Source of the DNA: Candidatus Latescibacterota bacterium
GTDB taxonomy: Bacteria; Latescibacterota; UBA2968; GCA-2709665
Reading direction: 5' to 3'
DNA length: 64,000 nt
Assembly (NCBI GenBank): GCA_965248435.1
Contig: OZ252100.1
Coordinates: forward strand, 1,088,001 to 1,152,000
The position numbers were made by a program, and so were the translations under genes. Below, one piece after another: positions 48,400 to 57,217 of the stretch. Position 1 is the stretch's first letter. Every line of letters starts with the position of its first letter. The notes under the pieces are model-generated. The model did not search any database, had not been told where the DNA came from, and was given only the letters and a program-made list of their open reading frames with translations.

Positions 48400-50544
48400 T
48401 CATTTAAAATAGCGCTTCAGCAGCCGACCTGCCTCCCCCGCTTCGACGCCCTGCGCCTTCAAGGATTGCAGCCTCTCAAACGCTTCCGCATCCCGACCGA
48501 ATCTTCTGACGGCCGCGATGTAAGCGGAATCCGACTGAGCGTAGTCTTTGTTCACCAGGTAAAACAGTGCAAGGTCGAAATGCGCGCTGCTCAGGTCTGG
48601 GTTCAGCGCGACGGCTTCCTTTGCCTCCAAAATGGCCTCTACAAAATACCCGGCCTGGAAATATTCGCGTCCCAGACTTTGTCTGATCTCTGCCAGGTCC
48701 ATCGTGGGCCGCGAGTGCATCGAAGTGAGTAGCCTCTCGATAATCACCTGTGCCTCCTCCACGCTTCCCGATCTCAAGTATGCACGGCCCAGCTTATACA
48801 CAACAGGGAGATAGTCCGGCGCCAATTCAGCTGCCAATCCATACTCCCTGATCGCTTGATCGTTCAGACCGAGCTGGAAGTGAATGTCGCCCATGGTCTC
48901 CCGGGCCAGCGGCTGCCCGTATAGCTGGTCTGAAAACAGGTGCGTGACCCGCTCATTCCAGGATGGCACTGAACGTTGCTCTCCTTTTGGCGCTGCTTGA
49001 GTGCGTTCGTAGACCGATACCGTTCCGAAATCTCTGGCCAAACGATAGACTGGGATATGCCCCGCTCTCAGGTATCTATAAAAATAGTGTGAATCAAGGA
49101 ATAGATCCTTGCCCAGCTGGGTCCGGCTAGTATCACCCAGATCACTATAATGGCTCGCCGTGGCCTCCCGAACCACAAGCAGATCTGGTTTCAGATGGTT
49201 CACCATTGGATAACTCTGCCCGATCGCAGTCGGTACCGCCTTGAGAAATTTGGGTGGAACGTAGGCATAGGCGTCGTAAAGGACCGACCTCTCCGGTGGA
49301 AAGGTCGCCTCGATCCACTTGCCAGCCGAAATTTCATGGCTGAGTTTCTCCCGCTTCCACCTCCCACGGAAAAAGCTTGCATCTCCGGCAAGGGGCTCCC
49401 ACAGAAGCAGCGCGAGAAACAGGGGGAGCAGAACCTGGAGGACCGGAATCCTTTCTGACAGCCGAGCCCGGGTCCACATCATGCTTCGGTGGACCAAATC
49501 GGATACAAAGAGCAGCGCGACTGGCAGGATTGGAAGCAAGTACCTTGTTCGCCTCACGTTGATTTCAAGAACGAGATACGAAAGCACGACACCGATCCAG
49601 ACTAGCAAGATCCCACGATCCATCGGAAGTTTGCGACGACTCAACGAATAGCTCGCAGCGCCCAGGGCACAGACAAAAATCAGCAGGCCGACCCTTCCCA
49701 ATATCCCGGCAAGTGCCCCGACCCACATTATCCCTCTGTCGTCTTCGCGGACAACGTGACCGGTTTCCATGATCTCTTTGAAGGCTGACAGACTGCCCGT
49801 GAATTCCCCAAACCGGACGACAGCGTAAGGAGTCGTAAAGGCAAAGACAAGCGCAAAAACGCATGGGACGATCAGCAGAGCCCTCAAGAAGCCCCAATCG
49901 TTTATCTGTTGGGCCACGCCTCCCGGTCGCGAGGCAGATGCCGCCAACGCGATAACCGGGAGCAGGAAGATCCCGATGTATTTGGTCCCGAATGCGAGTC
50001 CCGCGAACAGTGAGGCGAGCAGGATCCATCTCAACCTGAATTCGTTCGCCAGTCGACAGCACGCGAGAAGCGCGCACAGTACCCAGAACAACTGGGGAAG
50101 ATCGGGATGGGACTCTACCGACCAGCGTATGAAAACGGGCATTACAGCCAGCAGGACGCAGGCGATGGATGCCGCCACCGGATTGAACACCCGGAGACCG
50201 ATCCGATAGGTCATCCAAAGACACCCCAATCCGGCCAGCGTACAGAACCCACGAAGCGTGACGACGATCATTCGTTCGGAAACGTCTCCCAACGCACCAA
50301 GAAATTTCAGGGCGACCATCGGCAGGTAGTAGAAGAGCCCACCATATTTGTACGTGCCAGGATCGAGCGTTTCCCCCCGGTAGAGGTGACGCACAACCGT
50401 TGCGGCCCCAAACTCATCCAGGGAGTAAACACCGGCCATTCGGAGATCGTCTGCCGCTACGGAGAGCAAGGGAAGCGTGAAGGCAATGTAGAAGAGCCCG
50501 CAGAGTACCGCGCAGAGGGACGGCCATTCTCTAACGGCTCGCAT
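48400..50544 (-). CDS. GT-C (ArnT/PMT, GT39/83-like) glycosyltransferase with C-terminal TPRs, copy 3
   Basis: 'YSLDE', 'YKYGG', 'HPDLPQLFW', 'AFGTKY', 'RYLLPILP', TPR tail. Confidence 0.85.
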   Translation of the reverse strand: MRAVREWPSLCAVLCGLFYIAFTLPLLSVAADDLRMAGVYSLDEFGAATVVRHLYRGETLDPGTYKYGGLFYYLPMVALKFLGALGDVSERMIVVTLRGFCTLAGLGCLWMTYRIGLRVFNPVAASIACVLLAVMPVFIRWSVESHPDLPQLFWVLCALLACCRLANEFRLRWILLASLFAGLAFGTKYIGIFLLPVIALAASASRPGGVAQQINDWGFLRALLIVPCVFALVFAFTTPYAVVRFGEFTGSLSAFKEIMETGHVVREDDRGIMWVGALAGILGRVGLLIFVCALGAASYSLSRRKLPMDRGILLVWIGVVLSYLVLEINVRRTRYLLPILPVALLFVSDLVHRSMMWTRARLSERIPVLQVLLPLFLALLLWEPLAGDASFFRGRWKREKLSHEISAGKWIEATFPPERSVLYDAYAYVPPKFLKAVPTAIGQSYPMVNHLKPDLLVVREATASHYSDLGDTSRTQLGKDLFLDSHYFYRYLRAGHIPVYRLARDFGTVSVYERTQAAPKGEQRSVPSWNERVTHLFSDQLYGQPLARETMGDIHFQLGLNDQAIREYGLAAELAPDYLPVVYKLGRAYLRSGSVEEAQVIIERLLTSMHSRPTMDLAEIRQSLGREYFQAGYFVEAILEAKEAVALNPDLSSAHFDLALFYLVNKDYAQSDSAYIAAVRRFGRDAEAFERLQSLKAQGVEAGEAGRLLKRYFK

Positions 50545-52711
50545 CGTGAGTGATCCCTTCGAAATGGGTATCAAGCAATTTCATCCCCGCCTCCACTGCG
50601 ATGCCCCTCTGAATCAGACGCTGCAGCATATCAGCCCCGTTCCGGTCCGGACCAAAACGGCCAACAGCTCTCGTAAGGGACGAATCGGCCCGGTCGGGCT
50701 GGCCGTCCGCCAGACGGGCGACGGCCACCTGAAAGAAGGGTCCGGGAAGGGCTGGATCCAGTTCAGTGGCGGCCTCCGCGTAGGCTGAGGCCTCCGAGAA
50801 ATATCCTGCCTTGAAATACTCCGTCACCACCTTTTCGAGGACAGCCGCCCGATATCGCGGGGGCTTCGAAGACACGGCTTCCAATGCGGCATCAAACGCC
50901 TCTCTGGCCCGCGGAAGCCTACCCGCTGACAACTCCACTTTGCCGTGCTGATAGATCTGAATGGCGAAAGTTTCCGACGCCTTGGCAATGCTGTATTCCC
51001 GTTCGGCGTGCTCTGCCAATCCGAGCGACATATGGATACTCCCCATAGTCCATCGCGCCGAAACCATCCCGTAGAGTTTGCCTTCAAATTTCATCTTTGC
51101 GAGTTTCAACCACCGTTCGGACGGGTCCTGCCATTCCCGGACCCTCGGAGCGACCCGTCCGTAGACCTGCATTCGCCCAAAATCCTTGACCAGACGATAG
51201 GTCGCAATGCGACCCTCGGCTAGATGGCGGTAAAAGAAGTGCCTGTCCAGGAACGCCGGTTTTCCCATGCGCGAATCATCAGCATCTTCAATGTTTTCAT
51301 AGTCTTTTCGAATCGCCTCTCTGATCACAAGCAGATCCGGCTCAAAGTGACTAACGAGCGGATAATGATGGCCAAACGTCCTGAAAACATTCTGAAATTT
51401 GGAAGGGACGTAGGCATAGGCATCGTGCAGGACACTCGTTTCAGCCTGATAGCTCCCAGCCAGCCAGCGCCCGACCCTCAACTCGAGACTATCCCGCACA
51501 CGATTCCATTTCCCCTCATAGAGGCCAGCGGCTTGCTCCATCTGGCCCAGCGAAAAGCCAATCACAATCGCGGCAAGACCGATTCCAGCCCCCCGAAGAG
51601 GCCTCACAACCTTCAGTCGGTCGCCGATCCACCGATACCCGTCTGCCGCGAACAAGAGCACGACAGGGATGATGGGCAGAAGGTGGCGAGCCTGCCTGAA
51701 GTTCACTTCCAGAGCCAGATAGGCGAGATAGACTCCGATCCAGATCAAGAGCACGCCTTGCTTCGAATGAAGTTTTCCTCCCTTCACGAAGTGGAATGCG
51801 CCGGCAAGGAGAGTGATCAAGAATGTCACGGCGTGCGGTCTCCCCAGGCCGCCAGCCAGGCTTGAGAACCACAAGAATCCCCGAGTGTCGGCCCGCAGCG
51901 TGTGACCAAATTCCATGATCTTCTTTTCGGCCATCAGACTATCCGTGAATTCCTCAAAGAAAATAACGGAGAACGGATTCGTCACGGCAAAGACAAGGAC
52001 GAACACGACAGGGACGAGACCCAGATATACAAGGACCTGCCTCTGCCTCAGCCTTAGGGTTGCAGTTTTCAGACTCAGTGCGCCATCCTTTGATGGAAGC
52101 AACACCGCGGCGTAGACAGCCGGGAGCAGAAAGATCCCGGCATACTTCGTCCCGAACGCGAGTCCCGAAAACAGCGAGGCCAGGACAATCCACTTTGGCC
52201 GGATCCCTTCACAGATCCGACAACCCGCATACAGGGCACACAGGATCCAGAAAAGTTGTGGTAGATCCGGATGGGCCTCCACAGACCACCGGAGGAAGAC
52301 CGGGGTGACGAGCAGGATAAAGGTCCCGATGAGCCCTGCGACCTGACCAAAAGTGACAGATCCGATTCGATAGACCATCCAGAGACATCCGACCCCCGAA
52401 ATGGCACCAAACCCCCGCAGCACCATGATGACAACCCGATCGGTTACCTCTCCCAGAATTCCATACAGTTTCAGAAAGGCCACAGGCAAATAGTAGTAAA
52501 GCCCTCCATACTTGAATGAGGGCTTCTCCAGAAATCCCTTCTTGTGGAGTATACCAACAGCAGCCTGGATGTCGGCTTCATCGATCGAAAAGACGCTTAC
52601 GACTCGAATATCATCGCTTCCCAGTGGCACGAGCGGCAACACAAACCCGACGTAGATTACAAAGCATACCGCCAGAAGGATTTGGGCCTTTTCAAAACGA
52701 ATCACGCTCAC
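50531..52711 (-). CDS. GT-C glycosyltransferase with C-terminal TPRs, copy 2
   Basis: 'FSIDE', 'FKYGG', 'HPDLPQLFW', 'AFGTKY', 'RHLLPIIP', TPR tail. Confidence 0.85.
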   Translation of the reverse strand: MSVIRFEKAQILLAVCFVIYVGFVLPLVPLGSDDIRVVSVFSIDEADIQAAVGILHKKGFLEKPSFKYGGLYYYLPVAFLKLYGILGEVTDRVVIMVLRGFGAISGVGCLWMVYRIGSVTFGQVAGLIGTFILLVTPVFLRWSVEAHPDLPQLFWILCALYAGCRICEGIRPKWIVLASLFSGLAFGTKYAGIFLLPAVYAAVLLPSKDGALSLKTATLRLRQRQVLVYLGLVPVVFVLVFAVTNPFSVIFFEEFTDSLMAEKKIMEFGHTLRADTRGFLWFSSLAGGLGRPHAVTFLITLLAGAFHFVKGGKLHSKQGVLLIWIGVYLAYLALEVNFRQARHLLPIIPVVLLFAADGYRWIGDRLKVVRPLRGAGIGLAAIVIGFSLGQMEQAAGLYEGKWNRVRDSLELRVGRWLAGSYQAETSVLHDAYAYVPSKFQNVFRTFGHHYPLVSHFEPDLLVIREAIRKDYENIEDADDSRMGKPAFLDRHFFYRHLAEGRIATYRLVKDFGRMQVYGRVAPRVREWQDPSERWLKLAKMKFEGKLYGMVSARWTMGSIHMSLGLAEHAEREYSIAKASETFAIQIYQHGKVELSAGRLPRAREAFDAALEAVSSKPPRYRAAVLEKVVTEYFKAGYFSEASAYAEAATELDPALPGPFFQVAVARLADGQPDRADSSLTRAVGRFGPDRNGADMLQRLIQRGIAVEAGMKLLDTHFEGITHDASR

Positions 52712-54876
52712 TCATCTCCTCCGAAATACCGGTTTAGAATCCGTCTCGGACCCCCTGCGCCCAGGCCCCTCCGGATCAACATCCTGAGCAGGTCCTTCGC
52801 ATAGGGGTCTGCACCATAGTGTTGGACAGCTCCAACAAAAAGGGAATCTCCTCGAAGGAAATCTCCCTGAGCCAGTGTGAAAGCCCCCAGGTCAAAGTGG
52901 GCCTCTTTCAAGTCTGAATTCAGCTCGATCGCCTCTCGGGTCCAGGCGATCGCTTCGGAATAGAGGCCCGCTTCGAAGTACTGACGGGCGATGTGGTGTT
53001 GGACCGAGGCGCGCTGCGCCGCCGACTGTGAGGATATGGCGGACATCAATTCGTCAAAAAGGCTTCTGGCAGCCTCTGTTCTGCCTTCGCTCAAATGCAC
53101 TGTCGCCAGGTTGTATTGCTCTACCGGATGACTTTCAGCTTCCTCCGCGAGGCGAAGCTCCCTTTCGGACTCCGCATTCAGGCCAACCGCCTCGTGGATC
53201 GCCGCCATGGACTTGCGTGCCTTCTCCACCCCATACACGGTTCCCGCCGCGTACTGCTTCAGGCGTTCCGGCCAGGCACTTGCGGGCTCCGTCCCCTTGC
53301 GAACCTTGGGGGCGTTCCGTTCATAGATTCCAATGCGCTCAAACTCCTTGATGCGGTCATAGGTAGATAATCGTCTCTCACTCAGATACTTATAAAAGTA
53401 GTGACGATCCAAGAAGGCCGCCCCGCCCACCCGAGCGCGGTCCGCGTCCTCCAGGTTGGCGTAGCGCCCCGCCATCGCGTCCCTTACGACGAGCAGGTCG
53501 GGTTCGAAATGGTTGACCATCGGATACGTCATCCCGAACGTCCGGTGTACGTTCCGGAATTTTTCAGGCACGTAGGAATAGGCGTCGAATAGGATTGTGG
53601 TCTGTTCCGGAAAGTTCTCTGAAAGCCACCTCCCCGCTGACAATTCGACACGGCCTTCTTCCCGATTTCCGATCTCCTTGAACATCCCGAATGCGCGTCC
53701 GATGTGACCCTGTGCGAAGGCGAGAGCAACAACGACGCCGACAAGGGCGGGGGCAAGATTGCCGCCCAATCTACGCCCCAGCTGCAGTCCGAACCGTCTG
53801 TAGGATTCCCCTACAAAAAGCAGAACACAGGGAAGAATGGGAAGCAGATGGCGCTCGCGCTGGACGTTGATCTCAATGGCCAGAAACGAAAAGAACAGAA
53901 GCACCCAGCAACCGAGCAGTGCCCGGCCGCTACGGACCCGCCTGTCGCGGGTGACGGCGAAAATTCCAGTCAGGGCATAGATTGCGAAAAGCGTCGCGTT
54001 GACCCAGCCAATCGTTTGGATCAGCCCATTTGTCCAGGTACGCCATCCGGCCATTTCGGCCACCCTGAATCCGAAGGTCAAAATCTCCTTTTCCGATTGC
54101 AGCCGAGCCTCGAAGAGATCGAAGTGGATGAGGGCATAGGGATTCGTGACCACGAAGGCCACGGCGAAAACCGCAGGAATGGCAATGAGGGAGTAAAGGA
54201 CCCGTCGGTCCTTTAGTCTTTCCGCCCAGGAATCCAACCCGAAATATCCAGCATCTGAAGGCATCGCCGCGGACAGTGCGATGATGGGCAGGAGAAAGAG
54301 ACCCGCGTATTTGGTCCCGAATGCCAGCGCCGCGAAAAGAGAGGAGAGGGCCATCCACTTCAAGGAAAACTGATCTGAAAGTCGACAACAGCATAAAAGC
54401 GCAAGGAGGATCCACAGGAGTTGGGGTAAGTCAGGGTGAGTAAACACGGACCAGCGCAGGAAAGGCGGTGAAATGATGAGCAGCGTGGCCGCCAACAGGC
54501 CCGTGGTTCTGTGGAAGACCGTCGCACCAAGGCGGAGCGTGATCCAGACGCAACCCAGGCCGGCTGCCGAGCACATCCCTCTCATCACCAGTATGATAAC
54601 GTGATCGTTGACCTCCATTCCCAGGAAATCGATCAGGTTCAGGAACAGAAGCGGGACGTAGTAAAAGACGCCCCCATAGGTGAAGGATTGGAGCTCGTAG
54701 CCCCCTAGCCGATGAAGATGGCGAACGACCGCCGCTGCCCCCGATTCATCTACAGAAAAAACGTCGGCCATTCTGACATCATCTGAGGCAACGGAAACGA
54801 GCGGCAGAACAAAGGCCAGGTAGAGCGTTGAACAAACGCCAAATGAGATGAAAGTGTGTTTCGAGAAGGATCGCAT
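52708..54876 (-). CDS. GT-C glycosyltransferase with C-terminal TPRs, copy 1
   Basis: 'FSVDE', 'FTYGG', 'HPDLPQLLW', 'AFGTKY', 'RHLLPILP', TPR tail. Confidence 0.85.
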   Translation of the reverse strand: MRSFSKHTFISFGVCSTLYLAFVLPLVSVASDDVRMADVFSVDESGAAAVVRHLHRLGGYELQSFTYGGVFYYVPLLFLNLIDFLGMEVNDHVIILVMRGMCSAAGLGCVWITLRLGATVFHRTTGLLAATLLIISPPFLRWSVFTHPDLPQLLWILLALLCCCRLSDQFSLKWMALSSLFAALAFGTKYAGLFLLPIIALSAAMPSDAGYFGLDSWAERLKDRRVLYSLIAIPAVFAVAFVVTNPYALIHFDLFEARLQSEKEILTFGFRVAEMAGWRTWTNGLIQTIGWVNATLFAIYALTGIFAVTRDRRVRSGRALLGCWVLLFFSFLAIEINVQRERHLLPILPCVLLFVGESYRRFGLQLGRRLGGNLAPALVGVVVALAFAQGHIGRAFGMFKEIGNREEGRVELSAGRWLSENFPEQTTILFDAYSYVPEKFRNVHRTFGMTYPMVNHFEPDLLVVRDAMAGRYANLEDADRARVGGAAFLDRHYFYKYLSERRLSTYDRIKEFERIGIYERNAPKVRKGTEPASAWPERLKQYAAGTVYGVEKARKSMAAIHEAVGLNAESERELRLAEEAESHPVEQYNLATVHLSEGRTEAARSLFDELMSAISSQSAAQRASVQHHIARQYFEAGLYSEAIAWTREAIELNSDLKEAHFDLGAFTLAQGDFLRGDSLFVGAVQHYGADPYAKDLLRMLIRRGLGAGGPRRILNRYFGGDE

Positions 54877-54958
54877 GGGAGGTCAAAACGGAATATAGGC
54901 CCCCTCCGATTGCCCGGTCAAGATGACTTTGATAAAGCACTGTTCGCCGAAAAAGCCC

Positions 54959-55024
54959 TTGACCCGTTTGGGCACATTTACTATGATTTGGTAGTCTCAA
55001 TTATACCCTCACAATATGTTGTGC
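54959..55024 (+). promoter_or_regulatory. sigma70 promoter with tandem NrdR-box-like palindromes
   Basis: TTGACC-N17-TATGAT (54959-54987); CACAATATGTTGTG at 55010-55023, with a weaker copy 31 bp upstream over the -10 element. Confidence 0.55.
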
Positions 55025-55130
55025 TGTAGCCGAGTGTTCATCTCCGCTGCAGCCGCCTCTCGGAGCCGCTCGGTCGCCCGGTCAAGCGGCTCTGGTTATT
55101 TTTGGAAGAGGAATCGAGGAACAAAAACAC

Positions 55131-55244
55131 GAGTGCTGGAGTAATGCTGGAATGGAGTGTTGGAGTCATGTAAAGGCAGGTCCTGCAATACTCCCGTACT
55201 CCAGTACTCCAGTACTCCAGTACTCCAGTACTCCAGTACTCCAG
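55131..55244. repeat. Octamer tandem repeat (TACTCCAG)x6 plus one variant, with an upstream inverted partner
   Basis: 55189-55244 can pair with gagtgctggagtaatgctggaatggagtgttggagt at 55131-55166. Confidence 0.9.
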
Positions 55245-55284
55245 GATCGGGTGGCCGAAAAGTCAAAGTAAAGGCGAGTTTGTT

Positions 55285-56025
55285 TTGCGAACGACGAACG
55301 ACGAACGACGAACGACGGGTTCCAGGATTCTAGTCGTTGACGACCTGCCCTACAACATCGAGTTTCTGGAAGAAGCGCTTACCAAGCTTGGGTTTGAGGT
55401 CATCAGCGCCTCCAATGGCGAGGAGGGGCTTCGCCAAGTGGCCGATACCGATCCAGACCTTGTGCTTCTTGACCTCTCCATGCCTGTGATGGGCGGGTTG
55501 GACGTGCTCAGATCTCTGAGGGCCGACCCAAACCATGGCACACTCCCGGTCATCTTACTTACCGCAAAGACTGAACTGAACGATCTCGTGACCGGGCTTG
55601 ACAGCGGCGCAGATGACTACATCCGAAAACCCTTCCGCATTGAAGAAGTCGCTGCAAGGATCAAGGCCCATCTGCGAATTCAGGCCCTTCAGAGGCAGAT
55701 TCTCGAAAACGAAAAACTCTTGGGAAAGGTGGAAGGCATTGGGCAGACACTGGTCACACTCGCTCACCACATCAACAACGCCACGCAGGCCATCTCTGGA
55801 ATGGCTCAGGTGTGCAATGCCAGAAAAGACAACTTGCAGCAGCATCATCAGCTCGCCGAAATCGCGATAAGCCAATCCGCACGAATCAGCGCTGTCTTGA
55901 AGAGTATCCAGCAGATGGTAGATCACGTTCAGGTGAAGACGACTGATTATGCTGGAGATCCAGATCGGATGCTGGATATCGAAGCGGACTTGCAACAGCG
56001 TCTGGAGCGCCTGGACCGGGAATAG
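55285..56025 (+). CDS. Response regulator (REC) with a C-terminal HisKA-like helical region and no HATPase domain
   Basis: 'ILVVDD', 'LVLLDLSMP', 'LLTAK', 'GADDYIRKPF', 'TLAHHINN'; start uncertain. Confidence 0.85.
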   Translation: MRTTNDERRTTGSRILVVDDLPYNIEFLEEALTKLGFEVISASNGEEGLRQVADTDPDLVLLDLSMPVMGGLDVLRSLRADPNHGTLPVILLTAKTELNDLVTGLDSGADDYIRKPFRIEEVAARIKAHLRIQALQRQILENEKLLGKVEGIGQTLVTLAHHINNATQAISGMAQVCNARKDNLQQHHQLAEIAISQSARISAVLKSIQQMVDHVQVKTTDYAGDPDRMLDIEADLQQRLERLDRE

Positions 56026-56112
56026 CTGGCTCTCGGTGTCCGACCCGTCCCAACAGACACAAAAAAGGCCGCAGTCCAAGACTACGGCAGTGAGTATTAT
56101 AAAGTTACCTTG

Positions 56113-56189
56113 ACCGCAGACCGCGTACCACAGACCGCCGAATTCTAAAAGGTCGTCATCTCGCGGTCTGCCGTCTGTTGTCTGCTGTC
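56113..56189. repeat. Inverted heptamer arrays between convergent genes
   Basis: (gaccgca)n-like units facing (gtctgcc)n-like units. Confidence 0.65.
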
Positions 56190-56194
56190 CGCCC

Positions 56195-56617
56195 TTAGGC
56201 GATCGTCGCCATCATTTCCGCCTCCGCCGCAAGCGTCTCGCCCACGAAGGCCTTACCCGAGACCCGACACACGTTCTTCCTCCTCTGCAGCAGCTCCACC
56301 TCGAGCCGAAGCTGGTCCCCCGGGACAACCTGGCGCCTGAACCGCGCCTTGTCTATTCCCATAAATAGGGGAACCCTCCCGCTTTCAGCCCCATCACCCA
56401 TCAACACACCAGCCGTTTGGGCCATCGCCTCGATGATCAGAACCCCGGGCATAACGGGCCGACCGGGAAAATGGCCCTCAAAGAAAGGTTCATTCGCACT
56501 TACATTCTTTATGCCGACGGCTCCCTCGCCCGGCCTCAGTTCCACGATTCGGTCGATGAGCAGGAATGGATAACGGTGAGGCAACACGCGTCGAATAGCT
56601 TCTAAGTCCAGTTCCAC
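56195..56617 (-). CDS. fabZ: 3-hydroxyacyl-ACP dehydratase FabZ
   Basis: 'LPHRYPFLLIDR', 'FFEGHFP.RPVMPGVLIIEAMAQ'. Confidence 0.96.
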   Translation of the reverse strand: MELDLEAIRRVLPHRYPFLLIDRIVELRPGEGAVGIKNVSANEPFFEGHFPGRPVMPGVLIIEAMAQTAGVLMGDGAESGRVPLFMGIDKARFRRQVVPGDQLRLEVELLQRRKNVCRVSGKAFVGETLAAEAEMMATIA

Positions 56618-56641
56618 TTGCTTCCTCCGGCGGCCGAATCC

Positions 56642-57199
56642 TTAGCGCCCGGAACGATCCGACTGCTTTGTCTCCGCCTCCATCTCCTTCTGAAGCTCTT
56701 CCAAAACCTGCACGGTCAAATCATGAGTTTCGTTGGCGTAAGCCAGCGTTGACGAGTTGAAAACAAAGTCAAATCCACTTTCTTTCGCCAGCCTCTGGAC
56801 GACCGTGTTCACTCGATTGATGATTGGAGCCAGAATCTCCTGGCTCTTTTTGGCAAGCTTCCCATCTTGGGGCGCTGAAATCTCGGAAAGGTACCGCTGC
56901 AGATTTTCCTGCTTCTGAATAATGGCCCGTTGCTCCTCCTGCTTCCGTTTTTCGCTCAGGAGTAGGGCCTGCCTCTCATAGGTCTCTGTCATCTTCTCCA
57001 ATTCGTTCTGGCGTTTCGTGAATTCCTTCTCGAGCTCCATTCGGTATCGTTGCACTTCCTTTTCGCCCTCTTGAAAAGGCTTGTGCTTGGCCAGAATCTC
57101 ATCAGAATCGATGTACCCGATCTTGAGCTCTGCGCTGGCCACCGAGGGAAGAACGATCCAGCAAACTGCCAGAACCGGAATTACTCGTTTGAATCTCAT
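56642..57199 (-). CDS. skp: OmpH/Skp periplasmic chaperone
   Basis: Signal peptide, 'KIGYIDS', coiled coil, 'DLT..VL..L'; lies after bamA. Confidence 0.9.
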   Translation of the reverse strand: MRFKRVIPVLAVCWIVLPSVASAELKIGYIDSDEILAKHKPFQEGEKEVQRYRMELEKEFTKRQNELEKMTETYERQALLLSEKRKQEEQRAIIQKQENLQRYLSEISAPQDGKLAKKSQEILAPIINRVNTVVQRLAKESGFDFVFNSSTLAYANETHDLTVQVLEELQKEMEAETKQSDRSGR

Positions 57200-57217
57200 G
57201 CCTCAGCTCTCCTTCTA

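Noticed and set aside
55189-55244. Possible CRISPR array
   Set aside because: Contiguous 8-bp units with no spacers; no cas genes in the window
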